A stretch of 64,000 bases of DNA from a virus, in IMG/VR virus record IMGVR_UViG_3300042197_000370; one strand, written 5' to 3'. Below, one piece after another: positions 19,760 through 28,953 of the stretch. The notes under the pieces were generated by a model. The model was not told the DNA's origin. It searched no databases and saw only the letters and a list, made by a program, of their open reading frames with translations. The translations under genes were made by a program, and so were the position numbers. Position 1 is the first letter of the stretch. The number at the start of each line of letters is the position of its first letter.

Positions 19760-20233
19760 TTATTTAGGTTGTGTATTGGTGAACTTACTGCTCTGCCAAT
19801 GTCTAGATATATTTATATAGTTATTAATCTCATTAACCATTGCTGTTCTCTTACGCTTACCCTCTTGTAATTTGGCTAAAAAGATAAGTTTAGTATCATT
19901 ATCCTTTGCTTTACCAAGCAATTTTTTCTGTTGGGCTATTATTAAGTCCAAACTGCTTATAAGCAAATCAAGTTCTTCAATACGTTTAGTTTCGGTAATC
20001 TTCTTGTACTTATCGAATATGCACCATGTAAAAGCATTCTTTTTAGATGAGAATATATGCTCTTCCGTAACTGTTAATGGGATGACTTTAAAGACTCCTG
20101 AAGGATGTGGTTCAACCCGATATTTGTTAAAGAGTTCATAACTTCCGTCCTCGCAATCAACTATAAAAACTTCAGATAATTCTGAGTTTAGTTGTTTGGC
20201 TAAAAACTTCTCTATTTTCTTTTGGTCTATCAT
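19760..20233 (-). CDS. Hypothetical protein
   Basis: ORF track; coupled to the upstream gene by an ATGA overlap. Confidence 0.65.
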   Translation of the reverse strand: MIDQKKIEKFLAKQLNSELSEVFIVDCEDGSYELFNKYRVEPHPSGVFKVIPLTVTEEHIFSSKKNAFTWCIFDKYKKITETKRIEELDLLISSLDLIIAQQKKLLGKAKDNDTKLIFLAKLQEGKRKRTAMVNEINNYINISRHWQSSKFTNTQPK

Positions 20234-20679
20234 AATAGTTTAAAGTATATATTCCTTAATTCGGGTGACGTATCTAAAAATGTAGGGAGTTGACTCCATT
20301 CAGTGCCGCATTTAATCATGGGTATACCTTCACAGTCATTATATAGTGCGCCCAATTCTTCTATACCATTTTCAAATACACTAGAATGCTGAACCTCAAA
20401 CTCAAATTTCCATGTGGGGTAGGTTTCATCTTCTTGCTGTTGATATAGAAAACCAAAGTTTTCAAATTCATCAAACCTAACATCTGTCCTAATCGGGGGT
20501 GATACTATTTCAGGCTGTGATCTTAATGATATGGCCTGTAATACTGTATCGAAATTCGATTGTGTGTTTCTATTATGCAACCACTGTTTAGGATCCGCAT
20601 CTATAGGTGGTTTAGCCCTGTTAGGTACTCCAGTGTTTGTAATATCAAATAACGTATAACAGCATATTCTGTGGGGCAT
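20230..20679 (-). CDS. Hypothetical protein
   Basis: ORF track; CTAAATA late-like motif immediately upstream. Confidence 0.65.
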   Translation of the reverse strand: MPHRICCYTLFDITNTGVPNRAKPPIDADPKQWLHNRNTQSNFDTVLQAISLRSQPEIVSPPIRTDVRFDEFENFGFLYQQQEDETYPTWKFEFEVQHSSVFENGIEELGALYNDCEGIPMIKCGTEWSQLPTFLDTSPELRNIYFKLL

Positions 20680-20696
20680 GCTGTATTTAGAGAGGT

Positions 20697-20724
20697 AAAA
20701 AAACCCGAGAATAAATCTCGGGTT
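20697..20724 (-). terminator. Rho-independent terminator
   Basis: Stem AACCCGAGA-N5-TCTCGGGTT followed by a T-run on the minus strand, downstream of 20748-21119. Confidence 0.8.
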
Positions 20725-20747
20725 CTTTATATCAACTCAAACTAAAA

Positions 20748-21119
20748 TTAGTTTGTGAATGTTGCTGTTGCGGTAACTGTTGATGAACCACCTGTTGCGG
20801 CGTCAACTGCGGCTTCAAGGCTAGCTGTAGTCCAACCACCTGTTGGATATACAGCAAGTGCCAATGTGTCAGTTGTTGTGTCAGTGAATTCATAGATATG
20901 AATTGTTGCTAACTGCTCAACTGTTTGGATTACTTGTGAAGCAATAGTTGTATTTGCCGCAACGTCTGCTAACTCGATTGTGAAGAAATCAAGTTTTGGA
21001 CCTTGAGGTTGAACTGTCAATGCTGAAGAAACAGCGTTAACGCCTGAGTTTGTGTAGTCAGGCTGGTCAAGCCACATAACTGGTTTTAAGTCACCATTAA
21101 CTCTTGTAAATTGTGCCAT
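20748..21119 (-). CDS. Small putative abundant virion protein
   Basis: MAQFTRVNG start; has its own late promoter, AAGGA RBS and terminator. Confidence 0.7.
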   Translation of the reverse strand: MAQFTRVNGDLKPVMWLDQPDYTNSGVNAVSSALTVQPQGPKLDFFTIELADVAANTTIASQVIQTVEQLATIHIYEFTDTTTDTLALAVYPTGGWTTASLEAAVDAATGGSSTVTATATFTN

Positions 21120-21202
21120 TTTATTTTTCCTTTAGTTAGTTTGAACCCCGTGAGGTTCATACTATTATTTATGCCTGATCCAAAAAAATGCTGGATTAGG
21201 TA

Positions 21203-22351
21203 TTAACGGCCGGCTAAATTTTGGCGACTAAAGCCCATACGATCTACAAATTTAAGACCCTGGGCAACGAATCCTTCTTGGGTTTCAGTACCGTCTTGTA
21301 AGTAACCCTTAACAGGGCTAGACTTTGCAGCCTGATCTAACTGCTTTACAACATTCATTTTGAGATTGTAAATAGCGATCCATATAGTAAATGCCCCTAG
21401 TAACCCTTCAGCATTCTCAGCAAAGTGCTTATCTATCTTTGCTCTCATGCTATCTGTCATAGGTCTTGACGCAACATAATCTTTAAAGCCATCAAGTAAA
21501 TTGCTTAGATCACCTGACACTATACGCTTATTAATATATGTAGTGAATAGTTGATTAAACGTATTACGTGCCTGAGGGGCAGTAGTCATCAACTGCTGTA
21601 CTGCTCCTCCGTATTGGTTGATTGCTTTTTTGACTTCGTTCACTAGACCTGCATCTAGTTTAAGTTTAGGAGTTATAGGCATCTTACTAGGAACTATAGC
21701 GATATTGCTATTATTCTGTAACTTGCCTATAGTTCCGTTCAACGGAGTCGCTTGATCGGTTGAGGCAGCGTCAGCGGGTATGAATTGGTGTACTGCAATA
21801 CCAGCAGTCTTACCCTTCATTAATTTGCCAACTTCACTATTAGGATCCACTGTGTATGTTATACCGTTAGGGTTAGCCCTAAAGGTATATACACCGTCTT
21901 TTTCTTCTAATGGTTGGCTAAACAATAAGTCGCCCCAATAGAATCCTTTACCTTTATCTGCCTTCTCAAGCCCAGGCCATATTTCAGCAATCAACTGGTG
22001 TAAACCTGTACGGTCTACTCCACGTGCCTGATCGTATTGAATAAACTGTTCGGGACTAAACACTTGTCTGCCCGTACCGTCTTTCTTGTTAAACATATGT
22101 TTGTCCATGATGGAAAACTTACCGTTTACCCCACGTCCAAATATCAATGCAGGATACCCGTCCCACTTAATAGTAACTGTATCAGGTGTCTTGACAGTTT
22201 TCTGTATTGCATCTAACGCACGATTTGCACCCTGTAAGTCACCTAAGAACACCAAATCTTCAGGATGGTCTAGGTGACCCTTATCTTCAGTAACGATTTC
22301 TAGGGCACTAATCTTACGTGCTAATGCTGATAGGCTTTCTGCTAAGTTCAT
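21203..22351 (-). CDS. Conserved T4-like hypothetical protein with KxDG motif (DUF6267-like)
   Basis: HLDHPEDLVF, TIKWDGYPALIFG, YWGDLLF, EGFV and KFVDRMGFS motifs. Confidence 0.6.
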   Translation of the reverse strand: MNLAESLSALARKISALEIVTEDKGHLDHPEDLVFLGDLQGANRALDAIQKTVKTPDTVTIKWDGYPALIFGRGVNGKFSIMDKHMFNKKDGTGRQVFSPEQFIQYDQARGVDRTGLHQLIAEIWPGLEKADKGKGFYWGDLLFSQPLEEKDGVYTFRANPNGITYTVDPNSEVGKLMKGKTAGIAVHQFIPADAASTDQATPLNGTIGKLQNNSNIAIVPSKMPITPKLKLDAGLVNEVKKAINQYGGAVQQLMTTAPQARNTFNQLFTTYINKRIVSGDLSNLLDGFKDYVASRPMTDSMRAKIDKHFAENAEGLLGAFTIWIAIYNLKMNVVKQLDQAAKSSPVKGYLQDGTETQEGFVAQGLKFVDRMGFSRQNLAGR

Positions 22352-23745
22352 CTGAATCTACGAATTTTAGTTTTTGATTCTGCTACTTTCTTTGCAGGTT
22401 CTGCTGTAGCAGGTCTATCAACGAATCCGGGCTTTTCTGCTGGCGCCGCACTAGGTGCTTTAGCATCAAGTCCTTGTGTAGGAGTACCTGTTGTCAATTC
22501 TTTCATTGTTTCAGCATAGAGTTTAGCATCGACACCCTTAAGTCTAGTCATTGTACTCTTCACCAACTCAGCCATTTGATGACTATTCATAGCAGTTTGG
22601 GCTGGTTGGGCAGCCGCTTGTGACTGTGCAGCCTGTGCTGGTTCTGCAGCCTTTTCGGCGCCTGCTGTAGAGGCTGGATCTGCACCTTTACCTACAATAT
22701 TTGCGGCGCCTGCAGGAACATTACCCTTAGACACTGCATAACTTACTTGTGCTAATTTTTCTAATGCTGCCTGACCTCTGTCTTTACCGTAAGTTGCTTG
22801 TACTGCATCAATACCCTTATCAATAACTGCTTGATTGACAGTATAGTTGACACCCTTCATATACTGTGGGTACCATTGATTTTTTAAGTATTGTGAAATA
22901 CTAATCTTACCAGTATCACCTGCTTCTAAAATGCTTTCGAAAATGTTATTAAGTTTTACATAACGTGATTCTACTATCATGTATTTCTTGCTAGTAGACT
23001 CTAACAACACTGATAATCCTAAATCAGTCCATGTCAAACCTGCACCTTCAATCAGCATATTCAAGTAATAAATCTTCCAACCTTCCTTCAATCCTGCTGG
23101 GTTCAAGTCAAGACGTTGACCTGCACGTAGTTTCTGAATTGCGGCAGTTGCAAAATTAGGATCAGCATTTTTCTTTAATACATATTCCGCAGTCTTTAAT
23201 GCGTTACCCCACTCAGGGTAATCTTTACGGTCTGCCATAAAGTTGACTAGTTCTTTAGTCAAAGCAATCTTTTGCGCCTTATCAGTTACCTGACTTAATT
23301 GCTGTGACACACCCTTAACATAGTTGTTTAAATTCTGTGTAGACTGTTGCTGTTGCTTATACTTTCCAGTAGCCATGTTTGTGCCTGTTTTAGGCAATCC
23401 GCCGGCTGCAGGAGTAGTTGTTGCAGTAGGAGTAGTTGGTGCTGTAGGTGCTGTTGCACCGGGTACAGTTGGTTCGGGCTTTACCCCTGCTGGGTTAACT
23501 GGAGTAGCAGTTTTAGGTTTAGCATTTCTTAATTTGGGGTCTACTAAACCACCCTCAATAGATGTTTCTAGTGAAGATATCGCATCACCTACGAAATCCT
23601 TAATGAACATATCCTGAGCCATTTGCTGTTGTACTGTTTTACCACCTGCTTGGCCGGTCATTTTCTTAAGAGCAGCGGAACCGTAGTCTCCGATTAAACT
23701 GCTTAGTCTAAGTTCTTCTAGTTTTTTAAATTCATCTAGTTTCAT
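22348..23745 (-). CDS. Hypothetical protein (possible internal head protein)
   Basis: ORF track; MKLDEFKKLEE start; low-complexity P/T/A linkers. Confidence 0.65.
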   Translation of the reverse strand: MKLDEFKKLEELRLSSLIGDYGSAALKKMTGQAGGKTVQQQMAQDMFIKDFVGDAISSLETSIEGGLVDPKLRNAKPKTATPVNPAGVKPEPTVPGATAPTAPTTPTATTTPAAGGLPKTGTNMATGKYKQQQQSTQNLNNYVKGVSQQLSQVTDKAQKIALTKELVNFMADRKDYPEWGNALKTAEYVLKKNADPNFATAAIQKLRAGQRLDLNPAGLKEGWKIYYLNMLIEGAGLTWTDLGLSVLLESTSKKYMIVESRYVKLNNIFESILEAGDTGKISISQYLKNQWYPQYMKGVNYTVNQAVIDKGIDAVQATYGKDRGQAALEKLAQVSYAVSKGNVPAGAANIVGKGADPASTAGAEKAAEPAQAAQSQAAAQPAQTAMNSHQMAELVKSTMTRLKGVDAKLYAETMKELTTGTPTQGLDAKAPSAAPAEKPGFVDRPATAEPAKKVAESKTKIRRFR

Positions 23746-23748
23746 GTG

Positions 23749-23982
23749 TTATTTCCTTAAGGATTTCGAAAATCTTTTTTGATCTTTACTTTTTATAGCA
23801 CTAAGGAGTTTCTTTTCCAGCAGTTCCGCCTTTTCGGGGTCATATTTCCTATTGATTAATTCAATAAGATTAATGGCGCTGGTTATCACATTTAGAGCCC
23901 TGGATTCAATTACGTGATTGAAATCTCGGTTAGCCCCAATGGATTCTAATTCTTCCAATAGGCTTCTTGTTTTCTTTTGCAT
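23749..23982 (-). CDS. Hypothetical protein
   Basis: 77-aa ORF in the track, in operon context. Confidence 0.6.
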   Translation of the reverse strand: MQKKTRSLLEELESIGANRDFNHVIESRALNVITSAINLIELINRKYDPEKAELLEKKLLSAIKSKDQKRFSKSLRK

Positions 23983-24025
23983 ATGTTTAAGATCCTATTA
24001 GTATTTAGTCAAAACGACAGCAATT

Positions 24026-25432
24026 CTATTTCTTTAGAGAATTTAATAATGACTTAAGTTTAGTACTTTGAATGTCGGCCACAACACGTTTTTCTTCTGG
24101 TTCTACGGTATTTTGAATAGTATCATTAACTGTACTTGTAGCCTTAATTTTATTCATTATATCGTTGGCCGACGGCTGTGCGTGCCGTTGTCTTTCATGA
24201 CCCTCAGGATCGGGGTCTGTAATACGTAGTGTTTCAGTGTTGAATTCCAATTCTATCTTCTGACCTACACCTGAACTACTACGTGTTTTCATTAATTGTA
24301 ATTGATACTGGCCACGCTCACGCATGCTACGGCTAGTAAAAATACCAAAAACATTGTCCGCAGTATTAATCTTACTAATACCACCTGAGATATGACTGTG
24401 ATCAAATTCGATTTCTTCAACTGCTGATCTGTTAAGTTGACTTGCTGTGACGAATAAGACATTTAATTCCTTTGCTAGATTTCTAAGTTCTTCAGATACA
24501 TACTTATCCTTTACGAACAAGTCGCTTGGACTTACTTTTGCGCTGACTGGCATGATCAAATCAAGATAATCGATACATAAGAAATCAATTTTCATTCCTG
24601 TTTGTATCTGCAATTCTTTACAGTATGCTCTAATATCATTAACTGTGCTTTGCGCAGGGAGATACTTAATACGTAACTTACCTGCTTTCTTAGCAACCAT
24701 TTTAACTTTCATTTCAACATTATCAATGTCTTTGAAAATTTCACGGCTACTAGTCTCAGTCATCATACTGTCAATACGCATACTACATAGACCTTCACTA
24801 AGTTCTAATGTGATGTATACACCACTTAGTCCTGCTTGTGCCCAATTGACTGCTAGATTCTGCATAAACAAACTTTTGCCTGATCCACTACCACCTGCAA
24901 AAATTTGTAGTTCTCCTCGATTGAAACCACCATATAGTTTTTGATCCATACTAGGCCAACCTGTACTGTTCTGTCCATTATTACTTTTTAGTGCCATAAG
25001 TCTTGCTCGTGGATCAGCAAAGTAATCAGTACCCATATCACGCTGTAGTGAAATCTGAACTGCGTCCTTAACCAGTTTCTCTACAGGGTCATACTCGCCC
25101 TTCTCAAGCAAATCGGCTGCTTTAAGAATAGCCCTCTCAAGTTCTTGTCGTTTAGTGAATGCTTCAAATTCTTCTAAGAACCATTCATAATGTCCATCAT
25201 CTAATTCTGCTATAGTTTCTATTTCAATACCTGTAGTAGCCTTAATCTGTACAGGCTCAGGCATCACATTATATTTCTTACTATGCTCTGCTATAAATTC
25301 TGCAACTGGACGCAATTTTCTATCAAAGTTCTGCGAGTTCATAATATTCATGACCCGAGTATATAATTCTGCGTTAGTTACCATCATGCGCAAAAACAAT
25401 GTTTGCACATCTACATTAAACTCTTTTATCAA
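24026..25432 (-). CDS. Replicative DNA helicase (T4 gp41/DnaB-like)
   Basis: Walker A FAGGSGSGKS, CIDYLDL, VTASQLNRS and QLMKTRSS motifs. Confidence 0.93.
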   Translation of the reverse strand: MIKEFNVDVQTLFLRMMVTNAELYTRVMNIMNSQNFDRKLRPVAEFIAEHSKKYNVMPEPVQIKATTGIEIETIAELDDGHYEWFLEEFEAFTKRQELERAILKAADLLEKGEYDPVEKLVKDAVQISLQRDMGTDYFADPRARLMALKSNNGQNSTGWPSMDQKLYGGFNRGELQIFAGGSGSGKSLFMQNLAVNWAQAGLSGVYITLELSEGLCSMRIDSMMTETSSREIFKDIDNVEMKVKMVAKKAGKLRIKYLPAQSTVNDIRAYCKELQIQTGMKIDFLCIDYLDLIMPVSAKVSPSDLFVKDKYVSEELRNLAKELNVLFVTASQLNRSAVEEIEFDHSHISGGISKINTADNVFGIFTSRSMRERGQYQLQLMKTRSSSGVGQKIELEFNTETLRITDPDPEGHERQRHAQPSANDIMNKIKATSTVNDTIQNTVEPEEKRVVADIQSTKLKSLLNSLKK

Positions 25433-26387
25433 GTTTCCTCCGTTGCATTTCTACTTTAATCTTACTATTTGTTGCGTTTTGTAATATACTTAGTAACGTA
25501 GGCAGTCGCCCGTATTTAACCACTGCATCGTTAACGTCTTTGCAATTATCCCAATTGGGTATACTAACATGAAAGCCCAATTCTAATGCTCTATCACATA
25601 CTGTTAATCCTGTTTTATCTTGGTCAGGTACAAATATAATTTTACGATTTAATTTTTGTAACACCTCAACCTGATCATCATTTATTGTATTGTGTGTTAA
25701 TGCGCAACAATTTAAACTTAGTGCGTCAAATATGCCTTCTACTAAGATACACACTTCCCACTCAGGTCTTTGTAAATCATAACCAAATATATAACCGGGC
25801 TGTTGCTCGTTAATGAATTTAGGCTTACGATCATCTAAGTATCTGCTAGTATGTCCTACAATTTTATTTTCAAATGTGAAGGGTATGATAATTCTATTTG
25901 CTTGACGACCTTCAGCATCAGGTGTTACTAAGAAAGGATATTCGTTGTGCTTGATACCTCTCTTATTCAAATACTCTACAAATACATTGTGAACAGGATT
26001 AAATGGATCGATGATTTCACCCTCAGGCAAATGCATCTCTTTAAATTTAACCTTAGACTTTTCTTTTTTAACTTTTACAAAGTCAAGCAAATCTTTATGT
26101 TGTAAACTTTCTAAGTTCCAACGATTAATTTGTTGCTCATCAATACCGCACCATTGTAAAAACTGTTTTGTGTTTCGTGTTATACTCTTGCCTAACATGA
26201 AGCCACATTTGAATCCACAGTTGAAACAATGAAAAGACCAATTTTCACCATCTTGCTTGATACCACCTCGTTGTCTTTTATCGGGTTTATGCCCACGATT
26301 GTGACAGCACGGCGCATTGAAACTATACCAACCACTTTGTGTATGTTTCTTTCTACCGGGGATAACTGTAAGGATATCAAGCATCAT
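25416..26387 (-). CDS. DNA primase (T4 gp61-like)
   Basis: Zn-binding CC-H...HCFNCG; TOPRIM LVEGIFDAL and PDQDKTG; TTGATT-N16-TATAAT upstream. Confidence 0.9.
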   Translation of the reverse strand: MMLDILTVIPGRKKHTQSGWYSFNAPCCHNRGHKPDKRQRGGIKQDGENWSFHCFNCGFKCGFMLGKSITRNTKQFLQWCGIDEQQINRWNLESLQHKDLLDFVKVKKEKSKVKFKEMHLPEGEIIDPFNPVHNVFVEYLNKRGIKHNEYPFLVTPDAEGRQANRIIIPFTFENKIVGHTSRYLDDRKPKFINEQQPGYIFGYDLQRPEWEVCILVEGIFDALSLNCCALTHNTINDDQVEVLQKLNRKIIFVPDQDKTGLTVCDRALELGFHVSIPNWDNCKDVNDAVVKYGRLPTLLSILQNATNSKIKVEMQRRKLDKRV

Positions 26388-26432
26388 GTAATTATAACAT
26401 GATCCTGCGTAAAATCAACGTATGTTGGATAC

Positions 26433-27215
26433 TTATCTTGCCAAAATGTTAGTGACTGCGCCCGTGTTACTGGTGAACACCATACGCACAAATGGATGAT
26501 ACCCTCTAATAGTATATCCAAATGTATCAGTAACATTACTGTATGCAGTGGTAGTGATAGGATACCACTCACCACCTTGGTTATCTACGGATCCTTCAAT
26601 AGTTACGTCACCATTGAACTCTGTATAATGAGCCTGTAATGTTAATATTGGATTATCTGTGGTATTAATTATGCTACTATAATAGGTGTTAGCGTTTGGC
26701 AATACATTGCTAATACTATTGTTGGCATCCAAATTAGGGAAAGGTTGGCCAGTAGGAATAGTAACTGATTCGGATGGTACGAATGCAGGAAGAACACTAT
26801 TAACGATATTCATCTCACCACGTGCTCCTGCGTTTTGATCTACAAATACAGGATAGTCAAACTGCCCTACTGGAATCTCTAATGAATAATAGCATTTCTG
26901 TGCATCAATGTCCTCTAGGTCTGCGGCGTTCAATTGTAATACTGCTAGTCCATTAACAGGAAGGGTCAACGTAAGTGCTTTTCTTAGTAATACTTGAGTA
27001 CCATTATAACTAATGATTCTACAGGTAATCTCTTTTCCTGTAATATCTACGGGTTTCTGCTCTTGGTTCAAAAACTGAAACTGGAGTTGGTTATCAACTC
27101 CCTTATGTAAGGTTAGGGGTTTGGCATAGACTGGCATATATTTCCTCGGCGAGTTACCTGAAAGTAGTACAACGATGTTACGTTGAAAATAATAGAATAC
27201 TGATGTAGAGTACAC
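26433..27215 (-). CDS. Putative virion/baseplate Ig-like protein
   Basis: LHKGVDNQLQFQFLNQEQKPVDITG beta-rich start; late promoter at 27234-27240. Confidence 0.5.
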   Translation of the reverse strand: MYSTSVFYYFQRNIVVLLSGNSPRKYMPVYAKPLTLHKGVDNQLQFQFLNQEQKPVDITGKEITCRIISYNGTQVLLRKALTLTLPVNGLAVLQLNAADLEDIDAQKCYYSLEIPVGQFDYPVFVDQNAGARGEMNIVNSVLPAFVPSESVTIPTGQPFPNLDANNSISNVLPNANTYYSSIINTTDNPILTLQAHYTEFNGDVTIEGSVDNQGGEWYPITTTAYSNVTDTFGYTIRGYHPFVRMVFTSNTGAVTNILAR

Positions 27216-27307
27216 AAGTTGGCTCCTTACACATATTTATTCTATATTTTATTAAAATATTTGTTTCGGATAAGGGTGATTAAATAACAGCAGTAATTAA
27301 GAAAAAG

Positions 27308-27688
27308 ATGATTTCACACGATTTTTTCAAAAAGTTAAGCGAGAACCACCCCTTTATAACAGTCTGTTCCTATGCCAGTCAAGATTATGTAGGTATTATA
27401 CAGAATAGGGACGATACTTGTACATCATTATACGACTATGGCGCAATCGTTGATAATGACTTAAAGACTAGATTCCTAGAACTAGGCGATACTTGGTGGT
27501 GGGAAAGCAATAGACTAGTACCCATAAATTTATTCCTTAAGGAAGAATGGATGGTTTTTAAACCCTACCTAAGAACCTTCAATAATAAGAGTTTAGAGAT
27601 AATACATGGACCTGTGTGTAGTATGATGGAACTACATAAACGCAGGTCTAAACGTAGAAGCATAACGTTAGTAAAACGTATGCCTTAA
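27308..27688 (+). CDS. Conserved hypothetical protein
   Basis: ORF track; FLELGDTWWWESNRLVPINLFL motif. Confidence 0.7.
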   Translation: MISHDFFKKLSENHPFITVCSYASQDYVGIIQNRDDTCTSLYDYGAIVDNDLKTRFLELGDTWWWESNRLVPINLFLKEEWMVFKPYLRTFNNKSLEIIHGPVCSMMELHKRRSKRRSITLVKRMP

Positions 27689-28167
27689 CCCTTACGCTTG
27701 CGTCTTTCTTTCGCTAGTTGTAGTCCTAGTTTAGCAACTTTAGTATCAAAGCATATACCATTTAAATGGTCAAACTCATGTTGAAATACCCTCGAGGGTA
27801 AATCTCCTAATTCTTGTTCGACTACATTCCCTGACAATTGCTGATACTTGACCTTAACTGTCTCTGGTCTTTTAACTGTTAACCAAAGTTTAGGGAAACT
27901 CAAACAACCCTCTTGGGCACGATTCTCCCCACTTGATTCTAGTATCTCTGGATTGATACAGACAATTAATTTCTCTTGGTTGCCCATAAGAAATATACGT
28001 TTCTTTACTCCACATTGCGGTGCTGCCAATCCTATGCCACCGCTCTCAAACATTATCTTAGTCATAGCCTTGACTAACTCAGTGGGGTCTCCGTCTGTTT
28101 CAAAGTTCCATGGTTCTGAAACTTCTCTTAACTGCGGATCATCTTCTTTAAGTAATTTGATTTCCAT
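27685..28167 (-). CDS. def: Peptide deformylase
   Basis: GIGLAAPQ, EGCLS and QHEFDHLNG signature motifs. Confidence 0.95.
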   Translation of the reverse strand: MEIKLLKEDDPQLREVSEPWNFETDGDPTELVKAMTKIMFESGGIGLAAPQCGVKKRIFLMGNQEKLIVCINPEILESSGENRAQEGCLSFPKLWLTVKRPETVKVKYQQLSGNVVEQELGDLPSRVFQHEFDHLNGICFDTKVAKLGLQLAKERRKRKG

Positions 28168-28738
28168 GTTCCCTCAACAAATTCATATGTACTACAACTA
28201 ACTGTGCATAAGCAACAGCATGACTACGCTTAAAACTATAACCAGTGTGATCTTTGTCCCACACAGTTTGATTTATATCTTTATATGTTCTACCAATTAA
28301 ATGTCTCTTTGCAGGTCTAATGACTGCAAGAAACATTGCCAATCTAGGTATACTATTAATAGACTCAGGCATCTTTAACAATGTATCATATTGATTACCT
28401 AAGTGTATCAACTGTTCTACAATATTTCTATGATTCAACATAGTCCAGTCGGGTTCACGCATCAGTTCTATCAAATGCTCTTCACTACGAACCTGATTAT
28501 AAATGTGAACGTTTAGTAAGTCTAATTTAAAATATCCACGATCCTCAGCAACTTCATAATGTAGTGCTGACATATTATTAATAGGATCATATGGAATTTC
28601 TGTAACATAGATACCAGTGGGATGTTTGCGTATAGGGGTAATATTACGCATACTGGCAGGAATATGTTTTATCAATGATAAAACTTTATCTCTATCACCT
28701 ACGTCAATATCAATATCACTTTGAAATTTCATAACCAC
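28148..28738 (-). CDS. Miniature DNA polymerase III alpha (DnaE)-like protein
   Basis: SDIDID, KHPTGIYV, GYFKLDLLNV, LAVIRPA and GYSFKRSHAVAYA, collinear with DnaE palm/finger motifs. Confidence 0.75.
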   Translation of the reverse strand: MVMKFQSDIDIDVGDRDKVLSLIKHIPASMRNITPIRKHPTGIYVTEIPYDPINNMSALHYEVAEDRGYFKLDLLNVHIYNQVRSEEHLIELMREPDWTMLNHRNIVEQLIHLGNQYDTLLKMPESINSIPRLAMFLAVIRPAKRHLIGRTYKDINQTVWDKDHTGYSFKRSHAVAYAQLVVVHMNLLREHGNQIT

Positions 28739-28953
28739 GATAAACTAAACAATATTGCATCCTGTTCATTTTTAAATTCAAATCTATACTTGCCGGATAT
28801 TGTTCTACCGCCCCAAAAACAACACCATATACCTTCTCTGTTATCTATAGCACTCCAGCGTTCACCAAATTTTTCTTCACACCATTTTATCTGCTGATAA
28901 TGACCTGTGGTAGGTTTTGACGGACTTAATATAGTATACCAACCTTTCATCAA
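28729..28953 (-). CDS. Small Trp-motif paralog
   Basis: WCEEKFG...FKNEQDAILFSLSW. Confidence 0.7.
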   Translation of the reverse strand: MMKGWYTILSPSKPTTGHYQQIKWCEEKFGERWSAIDNREGIWCCFWGGRTISGKYRFEFKNEQDAILFSLSWL

